A stretch of DNA of 63,946 nucleotides. Source: Negaprion brevirostris (lineage: Eukaryota). Where the stretch lies: positions 12,980,579-13,044,524 of the forward strand of contig JARDVH010000130.1 in NCBI GenBank assembly GCA_030324005.1. Direction: 5' to 3'. The position numbers and the translations under genes are program-made. The notes beneath the pieces were generated by a model. That model worked only from the letters and a program-made list of their open reading frames with translations. It was not told the DNA's origin and ran no database searches. Shown in pieces: positions 12,077 through 24,918 of the stretch (positions are counted from its first letter, which is position 1; every line of letters begins with the position of its first letter).

Positions 12077-12373
12077 GGAGCAGCACAGCGGTTAGTACTG
12101 CTGCCTCACAGCGCCAGGAATGCAGCTTCAATTCCGGACTTGGGTCATTGTGTGCGGGGTTTGTATGTATGGATTTTCTCCAGGTGTTCCATTTCCTCCC
12201 GTAGTCCAAAGATGTGCGGGTCAGATTGATTGGCTACGCTAAATTGCCCCTTAGTGTCAGGGGATTAGCAGGATAAATATGTGGGTTTATAGGAATAGGG
12301 CCTGGGTGGGATTGAGGTCAGTTCAGATTTGATGGTCTGAATGGCTTCCTGCTGCAGTGTAGGGATTTTATGA
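12077..12373 (+). mobile_element. tRNA-derived SINE (V-SINE/HE1-like)
   Basis: cacagcggttagtactgctgcctcacagcgccagg...ttcaattcc (A/B-box region), central ctccgtagtccaaagatgtg core. Confidence 0.85.
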
Positions 12374-13191
12374 CGAAACAGGTTCAAGGGTCCATATGAT
12401 TGCCAATAAGTGGATTGGCAACTCTGCTAAAATAGCAGATCTCAAATGAATGAATTAAGTATTCATACGTTAAAATCCCCCAGATAATTTGCAGACAATT
12501 ACAACAGTGTAATCACTAGTGTTTCAGGAAACTACACATTAACTTATTATTAATACCAATGTGGAATCCATGAACTAATGCCAAAAGGAAATAAAGATCA
12601 AACCATTTCCTCCATCTGAATTCTGGTGGAGTGTACGATTGGAATCAATGATTCTATAATTTCATTAATCAGGCAAACTATTAGCACAAATCCTGAAAAA
12701 ACCTACATAATTATATGTATAATTATACATACAATTTTTCATTATAGCAAGGGAAATTGTGCAGCCAAAGGACACCACGCAACCTTAACAGAAGAGAAGG
12801 AGAAAGTGAAAGGAGGACGAAGAAGAGGATGCTAAAATACAGTCAAGGTGCGTATCGATCATTGTTCAACAGGACTTGCATCATCTATAATGGCAGCCCG
12901 ACATCAGCATTCTGCACGTTCTATTTTCCTACTTAATAGCCCCATGGAAGTAGTCTGCCCCTACCACCAGTAATGCCTGTTTCCTACCAACATTACTATT
13001 AACATTTAGTTCTTGACAATAAGCCTACATCAAGCAATCCAAAGAAAAAACAACCACTTTTTAAATTCTGTGAACACTTGATGTTTCTTTCCCTGATGCT
13101 TGTTTTTAGCAGCAGCTTAGGGTACGTCATCTAACACTTGGTGCTTGATCTTCGAACTTCCAGTGCAGTGGGAGAAAAGTTCTTAAGAAAT

Positions 13192-13605
13192 AAGGATCAT
13201 AAGGCATAGGACCAGAAATAGGCTATTCGATCCATCGAGATTGCTCTACCATTCAATGAGATCATGACGAATCTGAATGACAATCAGCCTCAACTCCACT
13301 TTCCTGCTATGTCCCCATAATCCTGGATTCCCCTACTGATTAAAAATCTGTCCATCTCAGCTTGAACACACTTAATGACCCAGTCTCTATGGTGAAGAAT
13401 TCCACAGATTTACTGTCCACTGGAAGAAATTTCTCTTCCTGTCTTAAAAGGGCAACTCCTTACATTGAAATTATGCCCTCTGGTCCCTGACTCTCCCACA
13501 AGGAGAAACAACCAAACAACCTCTTCACATCCACTGTCAAGCTCCCTGAGAATCCTATATGTGTCAATGAGTTCACCTCTCATTCATCTAAAACTCCAAT
13601 GAATT
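13192..13605 (-). mobile_element. CR1 LINE 3' end
   Basis: Reverse complement of the CR1 3'UTR seen at 1560-1938. Confidence 0.8.
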
Positions 13606-14149
13606 TAAACCTGTGTAGGGGCAGTTCGCGGTTTCTCAGTATGAGCTTTCTGCTTCAGCAATAATGAGTCCACTCATTCTCCTGGATTATGAGATGGCCC
13701 TGAAACTGCTGCCATACGTTTGCCCCACATTACTCATATTTTCCTCTCCTCTCCAATTAGTTGAACTTTTAGTCCCCTGCTAGGGACAGCTGATTTGAGC
13801 ATAGAGAGTAGATTGATGGGAAGAACCTGCCTTATAACAGTCCCTGTATAGCCCTTGAAGTGACCTTGGAATGATGTGCAGAACAGCTTTTGACCACCAA
13901 TAGTTTACCATTTTGGTTACCATGATGGTCCTACCATTACCAGCAGAGTTTACCATTAAAGTTGCTTCAACAGGAGTTTAAGTCTCTCATGAGTGAAAGT
14001 CTGTTGTAAATTGGAGTTCTTCGAATGGTAATCAAAGCATTTAATAGCAAAACTTCATAGGTGATTCCAACCTCTGATTGCAAGGCACCTCCGCAGCTGG
14101 CTGAGAGTTTACTATTCCTCTAATCTAGAGGTATGGATACCAACTACAT

Positions 14150-14460
14150 CGCAGCATGGTGGCACAGTGGTTAGCACCACTGCCTCACAGCACCAGAGAG
14201 CTCAGGTTGAATTCGAGCCTCGGGTGTCTGTCTGCATGGAGTTTGCACGTTCTCCCCTTGTCTGCATAGGTTTCCTCCAGGTGCGCTGGTTTCCTCCCAA
14301 AGTCCAAAGATGACCAGCCATAGTAAATTGACCCTTAGTGCCAAGGAGATTTGCAAGGTAAATATGCAAGGTTTTGGGGATAGGGTTTGGATGGGATTGT
14401 TGTCAGTGTAGTCTTGATGGGCTGAACGACTGCCTCCTGCTCTGTAGGAATTCAATGATT
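14150..14460 (+). mobile_element. tRNA-derived SINE
   Basis: ggtggcacagtggttagcaccactgcctcacagcaccag...ggtttcctccc...gtccaaagatg. Confidence 0.85.
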
Positions 14461-15145
14461 TCCAGAGTTCCACTGCTGTATTTTCTCCACTGTTTCATGC
14501 ATTGAGCTCAGAAGATTCTTAGAACCCGCATGATACGCTTCTGTTACCTGGTTGCTCTGTTTTTCTGCACATACCCTATAAGTGCATGCCTCATGCTAAC
14601 CTTGCCTCTTTCTTGTTGATGCTGTGCTAGCATCTCCACTTCCACCTCCATTGTGTGACATGCTCCACCAAGTGATATCTTTTGACCCTCTCTTTCCAAG
14701 TCCTTTGAGGTGGATGCACGCAAGCTGATGCACGTGGGGCGAGAATGACTGTTGAATGCTCTTATGAGAAGCCAGCTGGCTGATTAATCTATTGTAAATG
14801 TCAGCATCTTGGGAGGCCACTGGTCAAAAAGAGAAAGGAAATGGCAATTAGTGTGGGATATGCGGGAAATGGTTCTGTATACATTAGCGAGGTAAACACG
14901 CTGCTGAAGACATTACAGCAGTGACTGATTAAATGAGCTTGAAAGGCAAGCAAGAAAAAGATGAAGCAAGCTCTTACCTTGCTTGTAAGGATGGTGCAAA
15001 GTCCATAAATCCTAAGTGCCCACGCCACTTATGTTCTCACCTCCAGTGTGACCTCAATTGTGGCTAAAGCAGTGTAGATTGGCTAGGTCACCACAGATTC
15101 TCTCCCCATAGTTATTATCAATTATCTTCTTTCAAAATAGACATC

Positions 15146-16657
15146 AGGCAGAATTTTCCACTCTGGAGACCAAATGCGGGTGGAAAATGTGCCCCGATCT
15201 GTATGAAGGGACAAGTGATGCCATGTTTAGCTTTGTCGATCATTAATGATACATCTGCAAATAGCTCAGTGAACCTTGTGGGTAGCAAGTCAGGGGGTCG
15301 AAGGGCAGGTGTCACGTTTAAAATGCACTTGAACAGACGCTCACTTGTGGCAGGCCAGAAGCTCCATATTGCTCCTATCAAGTACTTGATAGGAGGCACG
15401 GTGGTTAGCACTGCTGCCTCACAGCACCAGGGATCCGGGTTCAATTCCCAGCTTGGGTCACTGTGTGGAGTCTGCATGTTTTCCCAGTGTCTGCACTGGT
15501 TTCCTCCCACAGTCTGAAAGACGTGCTGGCTATGTGCATTGACCCAAACAAGCACCAAAATGTGGCGACTAACGTCATTGCAATGTTAATGTAAGCCTTA
15601 CTTGTGACTAATAAATAAACTTTACTTGCAGCTGAAGCTCATGCTGGAGAAGCTGGCAGATGTGAGCAACTGCATCCTGGAATGCAGAAGGATATCGCAA
15701 ACCTTGCCTTTCCCTCAGATAAGAACTCTTCCAGCAATACACTCACGGTTGGGCCAATATTCGCCATTGCAGTAGTCCACGTTCGTCAGGCTTTACAACA
15801 TATAGAGATATCAATGCCTCATGCCCTTGCTTCTCCCAGTCTGTGCTAACTGCAATGGGCCCTCCTCCTCCTCACCTGGAAGACAGCCTCTGCCAAGGCA
15901 GAGTTGTCTGTCACTTGTGGCATCTAAGCCTCCATGGAAGTGTAAAGTGAAACACTGAGTGACACACATCCTTTACAGGTTTCCCTCCATCTCAAAGTCA
16001 GAAGATCAGTGATAAGCCCTTCACCTGGCCTCCATCTAGACATGGTACCCCCACCCCTTCCAGTAAAGGGCATCCTGGAGGACCAGAGATGGGTGTTCCT
16101 CCCACTTAGACACAAATGTGTCTGGAGACACTGCTGTTTGAACTTAGTGAGAGCCAAGTACAAGAAGCCCACTTTTTTGCTCGTTTCCACTACTCTGGAG
16201 ATTGTATAGAAATCCCTTCACCTTGACAAAACAGAGGGACTTTATCCTTATCAGCCATGACCATTCTCTCAGGAAGATGAAGATTTTGAATGACAAATTA
16301 GCTCCCCTCCACCAGCCGTGCCCCTTCACAATAGGAAGGGGAACACAAGTGATCAGCTTTGGCATCCAGTTGCCTCAATTATTAGAAATGTCCCTTTTCT
16401 CGGCCATGTGTGCCAACCTTGAACTTCATTCCTCTTCCCTCCATCACCCTTGAACCTCCCTCAGTTACCCTGGACTCCATCACGATCCATTTCTCTCCCT
16501 TCAGAGCTGAACCACCTTTAAACTGCCTTGAATGTCGAGAAAATAAAGTTCCAACAATTTATCCCACCATCAGGAAATAGATTCTTTGTCTCTGGGCAAT
16601 TTAAATGCCCCCATCTGCCATGTTTCCAGCAGCTGGCAGAAGCAGAAAATTCTGCCC
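15146..16657. mobile_element. Non-autonomous PIF/Harbinger-like element with nested SINE
   Basis: Perfect 12-bp TIR ggcagaattttc (15147-15158) / gaaaattctgcc (16645-16656); 3-bp TSD ATC at 15143-15145 and 16658-16660. Confidence 0.75.
15392..15625 (+). mobile_element. tRNA-derived SINE (gtaagcc...aataaataaac tail type)
   Basis: ggcacggtggttagcactgctgcctcacagcaccagggatccgggttcaattcc (B box), tail gtaagccttacttgtgactaataaataaac. Confidence 0.85.
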
Positions 16658-18369
16658 ATCACTATTTTGACATGAATGCCATTATCCAGCTAATCTTTCA
16701 ACTTTTATGAAAGGATGACCATGTTTATTTTGAGGCAGCTTTTGAACTTCATAGTAAGACATGCAGAAGTTATGTAAAATAAATAAGGTCTATCCTCTTC
16801 CAGCCATGAATCTTCAACTAAAACATTGTACATCTGCAAACTGCTGTGCCTGCAATGTGACGGACTGAGTGTATCAATATTTTCTGTGCTGTACTAATGT
16901 TGGGGGAATTCAATGCTTGTGTTATGCATTTTACGGTCATTCATATCATCTGATCAGAAAAACCAGAAGTCATTCCACCGCAGGCCAGAGGTCATATCCA
17001 TCTGTTCCCACAACTGATAGGAAACAACTTGTTGCTTGGCTCGAATGTAGATTTCCCCACTGTCCTAAAATTGAAGACACCCTCCATACTGCAATATCTG
17101 AATTAACACATCCAACGTCAACTCATCAAATGGAAAAGTTTTGGCATTTGGTCTCAGCAACACAGATAATGAACGACAGTAGCAGCAGCTCTTCATTCAC
17201 TATCCCCAAGTAGCTAAACTACTTCCAGTGAATACAGAAAGCATAATAAATTGCCAAAGCCAGGTCTCTGTGCACCAGTGAAAATATACTTATATATGTT
17301 ATAATCTTGNNNNNNNNNNNNNNNNNNNNNNTAGAATGTGCCCTGGAATATCTGCTCTTAAGATGAATTGTGAAATTGTATTTGATATTACGATATAATG
17401 TCACCCGCCGGACATGTATTTATATTGTCATCGACCAGGCAGACACGTATTGTACTTATTTTAAAAAAGGGCACTTTTGTCAAGCAAAGGACACTGACTC
17501 TCAGCAGCTATTATGTTGCATCTGTGAAGGGCACAGGCTGTTTTATGGAGACGCCTTGTCTATGGAGCTCTCAGAGAGAGGCCACATGATCCATCTCTTG
17601 GGTAAAAAGATATTGGATTTTGAACAGTCAGACTGTCACTCTGGGGCAGCAATCTAATTGAAGCTCTCTCCTTTCTGCAATCTTTCTCATCAAAGCAGAG
17701 TTATTTGTGATCGGAAGACCCACCAGAAGACCTCATTGCTGCAAACCGAGGGTTCTCAAAAGAAGAATGCCCAATCAACCAGTTTTGATTGCAAACCGAC
17801 TGCCTCACTATGGAAAGGGGCCCTTCAGCTGTAAACAAGTTTTTGAACAATCCGTGAATTACATTTTTTCTGATTTTACTTAATAGTTAACCAAGCTTTT
17901 AGGATTTGATACTCCCCAGTTTTACCTCGTTTTGTGCATGCTTGGTCGGGGGAGGGGGGGAAAACGACTTATTAACTAAAGGAACCTGGCTGACTTATTT
18001 CTTGCACCAAGCTACACACAAATAAGTGTATAATAAATTGACAATATCACCTCCTTTCCAAATTCATTACAAACTCAGGAAAGAGAGGAATCCATTCACT
18101 CTTGCTTTCGTGCTTGTAACCAAATATTAAAAAACCAAGGCAGAGTGGGAGTGGATGACAAAATGTATGTCTGTGAAGGAAGCTACCCAATCTTCCTTTC
18201 ATTAACTTAAGTCGAAGAAAAATTGTGCAATTTGGCATGCAATGCAACATAGCTGATTTGCTAATATTTTATCTGTCCAATAAACCAGTGCTTTTGGATA
18301 TCAGCCCAGGAAGATCTCTATTTCAGCCTTTGAATGAAATTCTAGCAACAAACACATAACTTCCTCCCC

Positions 18370-19430
18370 TCTTCTCGTGTAGTGACTGTTCTCTTTCTGA
18401 CACCCTGGTCCACTCTTCAAAAAGTTCCAACACCTATTCACCTACCTATGGCAGGTGATGCAAAACGGACCATTATATTTCTGACTGTCCCGTTCCTAGG
18501 TGTACCAATGATTTACTTGTACCTACCTCTTTCCAATTTAATATGCTACATTGGAGGTGACAACGCTGTGGACACCCAAGTTGGTACAATCAGACACGGA
18601 TTGGGTGATTGCTTTGCTAAGCAATTCCATTATGGCTGCAGGCATGACTCAGCTTCCAGTCACTTAATCATTTCAACTATCCATCTCACTCACAATCTGA
18701 TCTCTGTCCTCACTCTGCTACACTAATCTAGTAAAACTCAAGGAAGAGCACCTCATCTTTTAATTTGCCATGTTACAGCCTTTCCAATTTAGCATAGAGT
18801 TCAACAATTTCTGATCACAACAACAACTGCACCATTTTTCCCCCTTTGATTGCAGGTGCTGGTAATAATTTGAGTGTTACCATTTGTGCTATTCATAGAA
18901 TGGTCCATCGAGTCTGCACTGACTCTCTGGCAGAGCATCTTATCCAGGTCCTCTCTCCATAACTGCACATTTACCATGGCTGATCCATCTAGGGACACTG
19001 AAGGGCACTTTAGCATGGTCAATCCACCTAACCTGCACATCTTTGTACTGTGGAAGAAAACCGGAGGGCCTGCAGGAAACGTGCACAGACATGGAGAGGA
19101 TGTCTGTGTGGAGTTTGCATAAGTCATCCAAGGCCAGAATTGAACTGGGTCCCTGGAGTTATGAGACAGCAGTGCCAGCCACTATGTTACCATGCTGCCC
19201 TACATGCCACATTGCCAATATTTTTGCCTTGCACCAACATTCCTTCTGTCATCTAAGTTTCCTCCTTTCACACTACCACAGGCCAACCATCCATCCCTGC
19301 CTCTGTACTGACTTAAAACCAGTTTTTGATTCCAGCTCTGTTAAAGGTCCTCAGTGTGAACCACTTACTTTTCTTCCCACAGTGCTGTCCGAGTGACTAT
19401 TTCCAGAATCTGCAATCTTTTGTCTCTGCT
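18370..19430 (+). mobile_element. Second Penelope-like family, GIY-YIG remnant, split by a SINE
   Basis: NLICYIG...LGDCFAK and EEHLIF..LQP...IEFNNF remnants; 3' end after 19200. Confidence 0.65.
18893..19200 (-). mobile_element. tRNA-derived SINE
   Basis: Reverse complement of the SINE consensus (aatccacctaacctgcacatcttt...gagacagcagtgc). Confidence 0.85.
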
Positions 19431-20009
19431 TGCTTATCATGGATTTCTCTCAATATTTCGGCCTTCCCACAACCAAGACCACCAAAGTATACTATCTATT
19501 TAGAGTATTATTTGTGGGACTTTGATATGTGAAAATTGGCAGCTGTGAATATGATACAACAGTGACTGCATTCAAACTAAGAGTGGGTGTAAAGTGTTTT
19601 AAGGATGTGATAAGGATATATTTTTGTTTATTTTGTTCATTTACAACACTTGCAATCTAATTAGCTGAATATTTGCAGTTCCAAAGTCAACAAAGGCTTC
19701 ACTCACCGTACCCTTAAAATTCTGGAGCAAATGGGAGGCATTCATTCATTTTGTCAATATGACAGTTGCACATTACAATTTCTTAACCATATTTACTCAA
19801 ATACGTAACCACAAAATCATGATTCAAATGGATGCTGAAACTACAATTGCATGAACTTAGTTTATACTGTATTCTAGGTAACAAATTAAAAATTAATGAT
19901 TAGTTTTGGAGGAGAATTAACTGTGCAGCAATTTCCTGCCAACTGTAAAATGAAGTTCCCAACTTAATTTGTTAAGCAGACACGCTGAGCTTAATTTTTG
20001 ACTGTGAAA

Positions 20010-20292
20010 AGTAAAAAGTTAAAAAGTTAAAGTTTATTTGTCACAATAGGCTTACATTAACACTGAAATGAAGTTACTCTGAAAATCCCCGAGTCACCAC
20101 GCTCCAGCACCTATTCAGGTACACTAAAGGTGAATTTAGCATGGCCAATGTANNNNNNNNAACCAGAGCACCAGGAGGAAACCCACACAGACACAGGGAG
20201 AATGTGCAAACTCCACACTGACAATGACCCAAGCCAGGAATCGAACATGGGCTTCTGGCATTGTGAGGCAGCAGTGCTAACCACCGTGACAC
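20010..20292 (-). mobile_element. tRNA-derived SINE
   Basis: aaagtttatttgtcacaataggcttac tail and gaggcagcagtgctaaccac head. Confidence 0.85.
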
Positions 20293-21021
20293 CCGCTCTG
20301 TAGTGGCAGATTCCCTGAGGGCAGAAGGCATGAGCCACACAGAATGCTGTAGACAAGGGCAGGCCTGGAAGATTCCTGCCTCTGGTCACCAGTGAACTGC
20401 CTCTGGAAAACATGCCCCGGGGGAGGGGCAAGGTGCTGGGGACTGGAAAATTCCATCCCCCGTTTTCACTTTCAGGTGAACACAAATGATCCCACAACAC
20501 AGTTCAAAAAGCAGCAATGAATTTATCACTGCTGACCTGATAAAAGATTTGCTACTTAACCAATACCTTAAAACAGATTATTTGATCTTGTGCGCAAAAA
20601 TACTGGGACAGTGTTGACAAATACTTCACTGAGATTGAAGCACTTTGATGCATCCCAAGATTATGAAAGCTCTCCCATAACTGTAACCTTTCTTTATTTT
20701 TGTGAGGAGATGGATTTCTCTGGGGATCTTCCACTTCACCACCACAATTTAGGCAAAAACAAAAATCCCTGAGAAACCAGGGATTTCGGGTTTGGCCTTT
20801 CAGCCCCATAGATTATAAACACTTAACATGCTGTTAGACAGGTATTTGCCTTTGGCTTCATTCTGATCTCAATTTTTGGAACCTTGCACATAGATTGCTT
20901 TCACTGGCTTTAAATAAAACTAAGTGAGATATTTTACAAAGAAAGTTGCAGATAATTCTAGCCAAAGAGAAAACTAATCACAAGTGGACTTGGCATTTAT
21001 TAAACATGCGCATAACAGAAT

Positions 21022-21390
21022 AATCAAGATGGCACCGGAGTGTGGCCACTTCTTGCAAGCTGTCCCCAGCGTACCCTCTAATTCTATGCTTTTAAAACTC
21101 TTATGACTGCAACACTACATTCTACACTCTCTCCTTTCCTTCTCCCCTGTGTACTCGATGAATGGTNNNNNNNNNNNNNNNNNNNNNNNNNNNNNNNNNN
21201 NNNNNNNNNNNNNNNNNNNNNNNNNNNNNNNNNNNNNNNNNNNNNNNNNNNNNNNNNNNNNNNNNNNNNNNNNNNNNNNNNNNNNNNNNNNNNNNNNNNN
21301 NNNNNNNNNNNCAGCCATGATCTTATTGAATGGTGGGGCAGGCTCGAAGGGCTAGATAGCCTACTCCTGCTCCTATTTCTTATGTTCTAA
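21022..21390 (+). mobile_element. Short Rex1-like piece (21022-21165) plus CR1 tail (21312-21390) around a gap
   Basis: aagatggcacc start and atgactgcaacactacattct 3'UTR matching ~62440-62485; ctcctatttcttatgttc tail. Confidence 0.6.
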
Positions 21391-21814
21391 TGAATCAGGC
21401 AGTAACCATCATTGAAGGACAAATCGACAGGGAGAGCAAAATACCCTGTCAGTATTTTCATTTGTAAAGCAGTATATATTGTAAAAATGCAATATAACGT
21501 GTCATAGAAAAAATGCTTCTTTTCATACAGGAGACAAATAGAAATGCAAAAGGTGATGATGAAAGTGTATAAGGGGCATCTAGTTAGAAAACAAAAAGCA
21601 GAAAGAATGGAAGGGGAGTTAGAACATGGAGAGTTAAGTAGAAATAGCTTTGGAGTGGGAACAAGCAGAGATAATTGCAACAAACAAGACATATAATTCA
21701 TTTCTTTGTAAAAAAGAGCAGAAGTGGTTAAGTTAAGGACCTAATTTAGAATTATTTGTTTGCACTGTGCATTCCATCCATGCAATTTCTGTTGTTTGGC
21801 ATCATGCTTCAGAG

Positions 21815-22282
21815 TAGCAAGGTGGCTGGTTAGCACTGCTACCTCACAGCCCTAGAAACCTATTTCAATTCTGGGTAACAATTTGGGTAACAAGGCCGGA
21901 ATTGAACCCAGGTCCGTAAGGGTGCGTGAAGTTTGCACGGTGTCTGTGCGAGTGCTTTCTCTGGGTGCTCCAGTTTCAAAGATGTGAGAGTCAGGTGGAT
22001 TAAGGATGGTAGAATTTACTGAAAACACTTAATATCCAGTTAGAAAAAGGTTTGTCTCTGGCTTCAAATGTGTGGGGCTACAAGGATAGGGCGGAGTGAA
22101 GGGCCTGGGTGGAGAAAAGGCAGGAGAACGGGAATGAGAAACATATCAGTCATGATTGAATGGCGAAGCAGACTCAGTGAGCTGAGTGGCCTAATTCTGC
22201 TCCTATGTCTTACGCTCTTTGGAAGATTCGGTACAGAGGTGATGGGCTAAATGACCTTTTCATGCACTCTAGATGTTCTATA
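21815..22282 (+). mobile_element. Rearranged tRNA SINE with nested CR1 tail (~22112-22215)
   Basis: ggttagcactgctacctcacagc head, an internal inverted piece, and CR1 tail ctgctcctatgtctta. Confidence 0.65.
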
Positions 22283-22659
22283 CTACTTATTGTGCTGAAA
22301 ATCAGATGAATATTCTTTAAAATTTTTCTGTACAAGGCAGTATCTAAATTTAGGAGCAAAGCACGAATCAGTCCGACACGTCAATAGTTAGGGTCATGCA
22401 TTTGAAAGGAGACATTCAGAATGCAAAGACATTGAAGACTCTAATGTCCATCGATGAATCTGATCAGAATGTCAAAAGTAAGGACAATTAAAAGAAGAAT
22501 TAATATAGACTGAAGTGATGATACAAGGACTGATATCGTTCAACCATCTCATCAGAACCTTAGCACAAAACTGTAAAGTTTAAAGCAAAAAGGTAGATGA
22601 ATTGTGCGTCAGCCATGTGTTCCAGAGAAAGCGGACCTCAAAATCACATGGCTCCTTGT

Positions 22660-24160
22660 CATATTCAACAGTACTAAGGTCAAGAACAGCAGCAGGACTT
22701 TAAAAATAGCAATGACAACGTCAACAGAAAGAGCAAAAGCAACGAGGACAGCACAATGTAAAATAGTAATAACAATTTTAAAAACCACACCATATGAAAG
22801 GTACTGATTTTTAAATTCTCTATCCTCTATAGCCTTTTTCTTTTTCACCCTAAAAAAGAAAANNNNNNNNNNNNNNNNNNNNNNNNNNNNNNNNNNNNNN
22901 NNNNNNNNNNNNNNNNNNNNNNNNNNNNNNNNNNNNNNNNNNNNNNNNNNNNNNNNNNNNNNGTAATACCTAAATTACGAGAGTGGTGAAAGCAAAAAGA
23001 AATAGCAACACAAAGGCATCAACAGTAATTATCAGAAGTGCGTAACAGCATTAAAATATCAACCAGAATAAATACAATCCATACAATTGCAAAACCAATA
23101 GAAATAACACCAAATAAAATTTAGTACAACAGCACATTCAGCAACATCAAGGATAACAAGTTCCATGCATTAATGTAGCACCTTCAAAATATCAAAATCC
23201 TACAAAGCACTTAAGAACTAAATTGTCAGAGTCTCTCAAAAGAAAACAGGAAGGCGAAGCAGCGGAGGCTTTTGGCAAAGGGAATTGCAAAGCATGGACA
23301 AAGTTGGCACCAATAATCAGGCAAAGGGAGAGAGAGAGTGAACAGGAGAACAGAATCACTGGGAGCACTTTGAGTAGTAGCAGCAGCCAAGATGCAGAGA
23401 CAGGGTTTGGCAAGGTTATACCAAGCAAAAAGGAGGTTATGCTACAGAGTTGGAAGTAGACATTCTTTGTGATGGGGTGGGAGGGGGCATGGGTCAGAAG
23501 CACAGCTTAGGGTTGAGTAAAAGAAAGGTTGGAAACTCCCTCGTTCAGTCAGCAATGATAATCACAGAATGCAATGGAAATCATGGCAAAGGGACAAAGT
23601 TTGTGCCATGGCCTAAAGGCAATTGCCACTTCATTCCAAAATTTAACTGGAGGAAACAATCCATCCAAGATCAAATGGCAGACAAGTAATGTTTCCTTTA
23701 TTCATTTGTTGGCAAGGACAATATCTATTGCCCATCCTTTGGTAGCTGAATGAAGAGAAGTGGGGGAGACGTGGAGTTGGATGTTATCAGTGCAAACACC
23801 AACAGTAGCATAAATAGCAACTGCAAAGCAGCACTGAAAACAGCAAGAACATCTATTGCAACAATAATCACAACAGTACTCGCTGTAGCAAGAATTAAAA
23901 CAATGATAGTAATAAATTCAAAGCACTGTCAACAAAGCAGTACCAACAGCAATATCTGGGGAAGCAATAGCAATGCTAGAGAGATAGCAATAATGCCAAC
24001 AGTAATAGCAACAACAGCAAAGAGCAGCAATAATAATGAATGCAACACAAGTAATTGGTACGCCACCAGCAATCACTGAATCAAGTAGCACCCACAGCAA
24101 TACAAACAAGCACAGCAGCAACATCAATAATTGTATCCATGGCATAAGGAACAACAGTGG
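22660..24160. repeat. Two blocks of degenerate (ACA/GCA/ATA)n low-complexity sequence (~22660-23160 and ~23790-24160) around an L2-like fragment (~23215-23530)
   Basis: A-rich with period-3 aacagc/agcaat/aataat motifs. Confidence 0.6.
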
Positions 24161-24736
24161 TACATTTAGTGTATGCTCCTTGTGTACAGAAAATATCTGA
24201 GTGCTAGATAAAGTGAAAGAATGGGATCAACAAGCAAAGAGCTTTTTTTCATATGGGTGGGGCAGGGGAGGCAAAGAGCATTGTTGGAGAGGAGAGTGAA
24301 TGGTACACAATCATCTCAACACCCTATTTTTACCTGGGTTGTAAGGTGTTGGATAGAAACCCCTTTTCATTTGGTGTGCATTTCCACACACATCTAACTT
24401 CATGTGTAGAAAGTTCAACCCTATTTCAACTTGTACATTAGATGGCAATGCAGGCATGACACCAGAACAGCTCCCTCACCTGTGGTTTGGATGGGCAACG
24501 AACAAAGTAACTGTCAGAAAGAGTGGGAATTAAAGGTTACAACCAGCCCCTTCAGGTGCTGAGAAAATAGGTTTCAGACCTTCAGCTGAACCCAAATTCT
24601 GTCCCACAATTTAAGGCCACCGTCCATCTTCAGGAGGCTGTAGCCACTTCACTGCAAACCAGGCCATACCAATTAAACAAGAAATCCATCAGAGATCAAC
24701 TACACTCTTCAAGCTGATTCAAAATACATTCTGTTG

Positions 24737-24918
24737 CAATGTAACCAATGGAAACATGATGTGATAGTCAGCTGACCCATTAGCCAATGTAACCAATGGC
24801 AATGTGCTGTGGTGATCAGCTGACCAATTGGACAATGTAACCAATGGCAATGTGCTGTGATGATCAGCTGACCCATTAGACGATGTAACCAATGGCAATG
24901 TGATGTGATCAGCTGACC
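24737..24918 (+). repeat. 48-bp minisatellite, about 3.8 copies
   Basis: Units start at 24737, 24785, 24833 and 24881; consensus caatgtaaccaatggcaatgtgctgtgatgatcagctgacccattaga. Confidence 0.95.

Noticed and set aside
12714-12731. 18-bp perfect palindrome tatgtataattatacata
   Set aside because: AT-rich low-complexity sequence with no supporting context.
14590-15060. Possible second Harbinger Myb exon set (minus-strand donors near 14597 and 14975)
   Set aside because: Peptide similarity is too weak to support by eye.
24737-24918. CRISPR-like array
   Set aside because: Units are head-to-tail with no unique spacers, the context is vertebrate, and there are no cas genes.
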